From: Octopus sinensis
Taxonomy: Eukaryota
Length of the DNA: 64,000 nucleotides
NCBI RefSeq assembly: GCF_006345805.1
Contig: NC_043024.1
Span: 4,278,001 to 4,342,000 of the forward strand
Reading direction: 5' to 3'
Positions 55,561 to 64,000 of the stretch are shown piece after piece (within the stretch, counting starts at the first letter, position 1; each line of letters starts with the position of its first letter). Below the pieces are notes generated by a model that had not been told where the DNA came from, made no database searches, and was given only the letters and a program-made list of their open reading frames with translations. Both the position numbers and the translations under genes were made by a program.

Positions 55561-55728
55561 CTGCTGGCTTAATTTCAGAAGAAATATAAGAGAAGTGATA
55601 TTTGTTTGGAATAAACTATTAAAGCAAAAAGAAGCAAAATATCCATATATTTTGGTGAGAGGAGAAATATTTTTGAAAAGTTGTTGATCTGTACAACTTA
55701 AAGGTTCAGGTTTATTTTTCTTGAAGAG

Positions 55729-56509
<781 letters not shown>

Positions 56510-57714
56510 TAACACAGTGACATTGGTTGTATAACATTCCTTCAGAAAGACAAGTTTGTATCTCATAAAACCCTCTACACAAGAAAGAAACTATATCAAT
56601 GTGATATCAATGGTAAGCCTTTCATTTGAAATGATCCATTAACGAATCAAAAGAGCATTGACAGAGGAAGGAAAACATATCACTGTGATAGCAGTGCTTA
56701 ATCATTCTATGAAAATGGAGAATTATACACAGTCAATCTATGAAAATGATCAATTATTAAAACATAACTGCGTTCATACAGAAGAGGAACCATATCACTA
56801 CAATGATGATAATCATCATCATTTAAAATTCGCTTTTCCATGCTTCAATGGATCAGATGGAATTCATTGATGGAGATTTTCCTGAGCTGGGTACCCTTTC
56901 TTGTCACCAATCCTCACCTGTTTCCAAGCAAGGAAATATTTTCCCTGGTGAGACATAATTTGCGCAGAGGACTGGAAATGAAGAACTGCACGAGTATGAC
57001 GGTCATGATGGCCATTTACGGACATCACATAATATCTGGACAAGGGTACACTCACTTGTGCACACACACACATACATGTATATATGTATGTATGAAGAAT
57101 TTCTTATAGGAGATATTTTACATGTTTTCTCTTTGTCTAAAAGTTTGTAATTCCTATTAGGTAATGAAACACATGTAATGCTGAATAAATACTATCAAAC
57201 TGTTTTCCAGTCTCCTTATGTGATATGTAATTATTCTGCAAAAAATATTATCCAAACCTCAGACAAAAATGATATTTATGTATATATATAATAACCAGCT
57301 TGTGTGTACAGCTGTTATGCTTTCATTAGATTAGTGGAATAAAGGAGGGGTGGGGACAGAAGTGGAGAAAAGGGAGGGAGAAATAGAGTAAGGTGATCTT
57401 ATAATAATTCTGCTTCTCATTCTGTTACTCAGCTCGTCAGTAACACTTTCATATTATTAGAGAAAAGGGGGTAGAGAGAGAAAAGATGATAAGACAAATA
57501 GAGAAAGAAAGAAAAGGGAGAGACAAAAGACTAAGAAAGAAGCAAGCATGACATGTGATGGGGGGAATGTAATAGTTATTTTATGGTTAAAAAAGCTAGC
57601 TGAAGGTAGTGATATAGAGAAGAGTTAGAAATATAATCTTAGCAGAGGGGTGATGTTCTGATGTTGATATTAAAGAAAGGAACACAGAGAGAGAGATGAT
57701 GATGGTGGTGGTGG

Positions 57715-58570
57715 TGTGTTGCCATATAACAGCTATTTACGATACAGGACTCAAAATAGCTGTTACGTGGTAGCAGGGCATGCAAGAAAAAGCGGCTGAA
57801 TTTTTCTTTTTCTGAGGAAAGGAGCCGTTTACGTATAATTTCAATGTCACATACATTGAAAGCATGTAAAATAACCCAGAAAAAAAACAAAACAAAACTC
57901 TGTTGGTGGGAAACTCCAAGGTCCCCCACCACCCCTCCCCCTTTCTTTTCTGGAAGAATGTGGCGGGTCGTGGGTTTGGACTGAGCATCATTGAATGCAC
58001 TCAAAAAAACATGTGGATAAAATTATTCCACACCAAAGTACAAACGGGTCCTTTATGAAAAAGAAAGGACGGGTCATTCGAAGCTTTCTGTCCCCTGTAA
58101 AGAACCAGATCATCCTCGCAATTTCGGCTGATTAATCTTGAGATTGCTCCAATCTGGCCAGCCCCAAGGAAAAAGTAAGCTAAGAGCATCAGATTCCTTG
58201 GAAGAAAGCATGGAATGTATACGAAAATAAGGACGGAAAAACAGACGATGTTACACAAATATAAATACAAAATACAATAAAAATATTAATAATAATAACA
58301 GGACATAACAACAGGTGTCTTTCGACTGGGGACGAATTGAATTCGGCTGGTGTGTGTGGAAATGAAGCCTTACGGCAGAGATACAGAGCTTTCACAAACA
58401 CACGGAAGAATATAGATGTTGCACTGACCGTGGTCAGACGCAAAAAGAGGGTTAGCCGTCTGGCCTATCGGTCATGTGGGAAGAGAAGAGAGAGAAAAAG
58501 AGGAACAAAAGAATTAAGGAGAGGAAAGAGAAGAGAGAGAGTTGTATTAGCAGATGAACAGAAGAATTAA
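57715..58570. mobile_element. Unclassified insertion in the ZNF 3' block
   Basis: Absent from paralogous 3' blocks; 12-bp perfect inverted repeat TAACAGCTATTT/AAATAGCTGTTA near 57728-57766. Confidence 0.35.
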
Positions 58571-58579
58571 GGAGGGGGC

Positions 58580-58613
<34 letters not shown>

Positions 58614-58987
58614 TGTTATGAAAGTCTTTTCCTTGGGAAGTAAAATAGTGGATTTCAATTGGGGCATATAGATTTGAACCTGAAAACAGCATTTTCCCAC
58701 AGAAAAACAGTAGTTGACAACAGTGACACTCCACACATACCCTCTGCCAGGCCAATTTATGTTTTCCTACTTGACACCTAACCTCTTCTATACCACCAAA
58801 AGTCAAAATTAGATGAAGAGCTACCTACATCAGTTTCCCCATTGTTCTCGGCAATATGCCTCTCTTTCTCGCTGTATTGCACTTATAAAATACTAGAATT
58901 TCGTAAAGCAAAAGCCATTTGGTGAAATGAGATGACCAGAGACAGCCATGATACATACAACTTTCACCAGCTCATCTTTCTCTAGCA

Positions 58988-59147
58988 AAGGCACAGGAGT
59001 GGCTGTGTGGTAAGTAGCTTGCTTACCAACCACATTGTTCTGGGTTCAGTCCCACTGCATGGCACCTTTGGCAAGTGTCTTCTACTATAACCTCGGGCCG
59101 ACCAAAGCCTTGTGAGTGGATTTGGTAGAGAGAAACTGAAAAGAAGC

Positions 59148-59185
<38 letters not shown>

Positions 59186-59580
59186 CGCAGGAGTGGCTGT
59201 GTGCACCGTGGGCAAGCTTGCTTACCAACCACATGGTTCTGGGTTCAGTCCCACAGCGTGGCACCGTGGGCAAGCGTCTTCTACTATAGCCCCGGGCCGA
59301 CCAAAGCCTTGTGAGTGGATTTGGTAGACGGAAACTGGAAGAAGCTCGTCGTATATATGTATATATATATATGTGTGTTTGTGTGTCTGTGTTTGTCCCA
59401 CCAACATCGCTTGGCAACCGATGCTGGTGTGTTTGCATCTCCGTAACTTAGTGGTTCGGCCAAAGAGACTGATAGAATAAGTACTAGGCTTACAAAGAAT
59501 AAGTCCTGGGGTCGATTCGCTCGACTAAAGGTGGTGCTCCAGCATGGCCGTAGTCAAATGACTGAAACAAGTAAAAAAAA
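58988..59580 (+). mobile_element. Tandem tRNA-derived SINEs: copy truncated at (TA)n (58988-59180) and a full copy (59183-59580)
   Basis: Same family as the hosts at 14860-17277 and 23503-25889; the first copy shows the empty target GGTAAGTAGCTTGCTTACC. Confidence 0.9.
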
Positions 59581-59884
59581 AAAGCAACAGGCTTTAAAGA
59601 AAGCATCGTTCAGTCTTCCTCCTGAACTTGCTGTCGTTCTCTCTCCCTCTGAGGTAAGAGATTAACATAACATAGTACAACATACAAGAGGGTCAGTAGA
59701 GTTACCTCGCCTGTTTGCTTGGATTGGCATGCTGAGAGTTTGGAATAAACAAAGGAAATCTGCGACTGCGACCTCAGACTTTCCGTCAACAAGGACCGAC
59801 ATAATCATTTTGTAACAACTCTGCACTTTGAACTGAAATATTTTCATAATGGCCCTGTACCTTGCTCTCAAATTCATTATAACA

Positions 59885-60605
59885 GCTTTATCTTTATGTA
59901 GTTTCAGCTCACGAGCTGTGGCCATGCTGGGGCACCGCCATTTGGTGTTGCTACATGATTTTACTTCACGAATGCTTTTTAGCAATTGCCATTTGGTGCA
60001 TTAGAGAGTTCAATGCAGCTGCCCTCATCTGCACCTCCCGCCGTGAAGTTGGTTCATCTGGGACACCTGACTCAAAGAGATCCAGTTTTATTTTAAAGAC
60101 ATCTACATCCACCCCATGCAGGTCTCTCAGGTTCTTCGGGACGATATTGAAGAGCTGTGGGCCTCTGAAGCCCAGGCTATCACAGTATCTTGTTCTACAT
60201 CTTGATGGCAAATTTGGAGTCCTTGGCACATCGCTGTGGTGCCCAGTTCTGGCATTTGTGTAACTCTCGATGCCAAAGTTTGGGACAAGTCCTTCTAGGA
60301 TCTTCCAGATGTATATTATGGCATATCTTTCTCGCCTACGCTCTAAGGAATAGAGTCTTAATCTCTTGAGTCTTTCCCAGTAGCTTATATGCTGCACAGA
60401 GACTATCTTCTTCGTTGGATCGCCTCAAGTTCTGTGATTAACTTGACACTGGATGGTGACCATAGCTGAGAGCAATAGTGAAAGTGACTTAGGACAAGTG
60501 TCCTCCAGAGGACCAGCATGGTTTCCTGGTCTCTTTTTCTAAAGGTTCTAAGAATCCATCCGGATTGTGCTGTCCTTGTTGCAAGTTTTTGCCATTTTTC
60601 TCAAT
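59885..60605 (-). mobile_element. CR1-group LINE 3' fragment
   Basis: WILRTFRKRD, YCSQLWSP, ELEAIQR and SYWERLKRLRLYSLERRRER motifs; the 3' end resembles the SINE tail. Confidence 0.85.
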
Positions 60606-61149
60606 ACATAATTGAATCATAAAAACCTGTTCTATTTGTTGTTTCCTTTGTCTAACTGTAACAAAATATAGGAAAGGTTTATAATCTAAATTGTGTCATC
60701 ATAAAGTATATATGCTGACTCCACTACCCCAAAGTTGTACATTAGATGTATTTGTATCGATTGCTATTTTCCACTACTTATTGGTGCCTTGTTCTACCAC
60801 TCACCTGTTTTTATGTGTATAATTCTACCCTTATGGGGCTTTATTTTACTGGAAAGTAATACATTTGTATTGCAATAATATATATAGTGATATTATACAT
60901 AGGTAGGTTATAATATAAATTGTGTCATCTTGAAGTATACATGCTGACTCCACTACTCCAAAGTTGTACATTCGATGTTATACTTGAAAAATAGTTTTGC
61001 AGAGTAAGTATATAACAGAAGAGGAGATTGAAAAACGTTTTTGGTATTATTTATTCATCATTACATGTGTTTCATTTGCTAACAGGAATTACAAAATTTT
61101 ATATAGAGAGGAAGCGAAACATGTCAGATATCTCCCATTAGAAATTATT

Positions 61150-61320
61150 CATACATACGTCACCATTTATTGTTTACTTTCCATGCTGGCATGGGTTAGA
61201 CAGTTCGACTGGAATTGGCAAGCCACAGAACTGCACCAAGTTGCACTCTGATTTGGCTGTGTGTATATGGCTGGATGCTCTTCCTAATGCCAACCACTCC
61301 AAGAGCATAATGGATGCTTT
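61150..61320 (-). mobile_element. Diverged RTE-type 3' end fragment
   Basis: TTCCATGCTGGCATGGGTT...GGATGCTCTTCCTAATGCCAACCACTCC is the reverse complement of about 3915-4055. Confidence 0.7.
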
Positions 61321-61717
61321 TTAAATATGTATATATTTATAGATGTGTGTGTGTGTGTGTACCCTTCACTGGATATCACACGATACTAGTAAATGACCAC
61401 CTTTCTCATACAAATGCAGTTGTTCGTTTCAAGTCTTTTGCAGAAAATATGTCTCACCATGGAAAATATTTCCTTGCTTGGAAACAAGTGAGGATTGGTG
61501 ACAAGAAAGGCAGGTATGCAGCTGAAGAAAATCTCCATCAATGAATTCTATGTGATCCATAGAAGCATGGAAAAGTGGATGTTCAATGATGATGTTGATG
61601 ATTGTAGAGAAAAAAATATTACTGTGTTACGAATCCAATTGATAAGGAATGCACTTTTGTTTAATTCAGCAATGATTTCAATATGTATATGCTTGTGTTT
61701 AGTTAAATTATGATTTT

Positions 61718-62515
<798 letters not shown>

Positions 62516-63185
62516 TCACCAAATATTTTTCTTCTTTTCGTTTTTATAGTTTATTCCAAACAAATATCACTTCTCTTATATTTCTTCGAAATGTGATCAA
62601 TGCCAATATTTAAAAATGTTACAAATATTTTTGTAAATCTATCAAAGTATATTTAAAAGAGAAAATTATCTCTTGCACATTTCAGACACAGATGTAAAGA
62701 AATGCTTTCTCTCTCAGAGGAAATATTTTACCGTAATTCAGCAATGTTTTATAGAAGAAGGATTATACATTTGTAGAATATCTTTGCAGAGTCTTTCAAA
62801 CATGATACATATTGATGATTCTTTAAAAGTCAAAAATACTTTTTAGCCAATTTCATGTCATTTCCTGAAAGAATAGAAAAAAATAATATAAGACATAGAA
62901 TAGGTTTAAAAGGTAGATGTTCAAAAGTGCAAATTTATGACATTTCTGTTTTAATGGATTGTAGAAGTAAACCTGCATTCAAACTAATAAACTTACCCAA
63001 AAGTTAATAAATTACGAGCAGATTCAATAATTATAATAGCAACTCCTGGACATTAAATCTGTGACACACACGCTCTTTCTCTCTCTCTCTCACACACACC
63101 AATATAGATGTTAATGGCCTAGATAACCAATGTTTCCACCTCAGAGTTCTATCTTGTCAACACAGCTTTGTTTAGTAACACAGAT

Positions 63186-63476
63186 GTGGAGGCACATGAC
63201 CTAGCGGTTAGAACAATGGACTCATGGTCGAGGGATCACAGGTTCAAATCTCAGACCAAGCAACGTGTGTGTTTATGAGTGAAACACCTAAGCTCCACGT
63301 GGCTCCGGTAGAAGGTAATGGCGAACTTCTGCCGACTCTTTCGCCACAACTTTCTCTCACTCTTTCCTCCTGCATCTTGCAGCTCACCTGCGACGGACCA
63401 GCGTCTTGTCTAGGTGGGGAATCTATACACTAAGGAAACCAGCCCTTATGAGCCAGGCATGGCTCGAGAAGGAACA
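63186..63476 (+). mobile_element. Complete tRNA-derived SINE with a 12-bp TSD
   Basis: AGTAACACAGAT at 63174-63185 and 63477-63488; A-box and B-box-like head. Confidence 0.88.
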
Positions 63477-63499
63477 AGTAACACAGATATCACACCTGT

Positions 63500-63725
63500 C
63501 TTGCCACCTGAATAGGCAGGTGCATTGTCACTCACCAGAGGCATCGAATTGTGGCCCTTTCCAATGAATAGCATCCCGCAAACGTCACAGTAGAACTCCT
63601 GGTTTACTGTCTGACCAGGTGGAGCATACTCATGATGAACAATCCCCTGGAGTCAAAGAAAACGGTCAACAGTGTCTTCACATTCGTCAGTCTTGGAGAG
63701 GTCGAGGTTTTCAACTTCAAAGACT
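63500..63725 (-). mobile_element. Decayed mariner transposase fragment
   Basis: NVKTLLTVFFDSRG, HHEYAPPGQTVNQEFY and DNAPAYS in broken frames. Confidence 0.78.
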
Positions 63726-64000
63726 GAACCTTTAGGGGAACATTGCAGTTCGCTTGAAGCATTGCGCACTGTTCGTAAAAATAATGCATTGAATGGCACA
63801 ACAACGGACTATAATAACCGTTGTAATTTAATCGTCCATAGTCTGATATAATATTTTGGAATATAAAAATTCCTTCTTCAGATATCCCTGGGAATTGATC
63901 GAGTCACTGCTATAATCGGTTTTCCAGTGGATTTTTTTTTCTTTCCGGAAGTGTCTCAGTAGTGGTCTCACGAAGCTCCTTCCAGAATTTCTCATGAGAA

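Noticed and set aside
63935-63960. ETS-like TTCCGGAAGTG as promoter of the inverted ZNF locus
   Set aside because: It is a single short motif at the window edge with no supporting exon or donor evidence.

Overview
AT-rich, repeat-dense animal DNA, most likely from an octopod cephalopod. This is inferred from the tandem KRAB-less C2H2 zinc-finger cluster and the SINE/LINE repertoire; it is not prokaryotic and there is no CRISPR array. The window holds nine C2H2-ZNF loci in two subfamilies. The 'MKCM' type lies on the minus strand at 9413-10333, with a 7-finger-deleted pseudogene at 18365-18690. The 'MSEEL' type lies at 22745, 31069, 37157, 44150, 53247 and 55729 on the plus strand and at 62476 on the minus strand. 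They were built by segmental duplication, including a near-identical 6.09-kb tandem duplication. Between them lie an RTE LINE with a 62-63-bp higher-order repeat in its 3' UTR, CR1-type LINEs, Helitron pieces, a deleted Gypsy element, a solo LTR, mariner fragments, MITEs and many tRNA-derived SINEs. The most striking observation is two divergent ORF1-only (RRM-like plus CCHC knuckle, no RT or endonuclease) retroelements with homologous 3' ends. Both are inserted at the same position of the same SINE family with 12-13-bp target-site duplications, making them a candidate SINE-targeting, non-autonomous Tx1/HAL1-like system. Other highlights are a pair of hammerhead-ribozyme-like motifs in Penelope-like direct repeats and a 35-codon uORF conserved upstream of the MSEEL ZNF genes. 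Coordinates were read by eye and may be off by a few bases.
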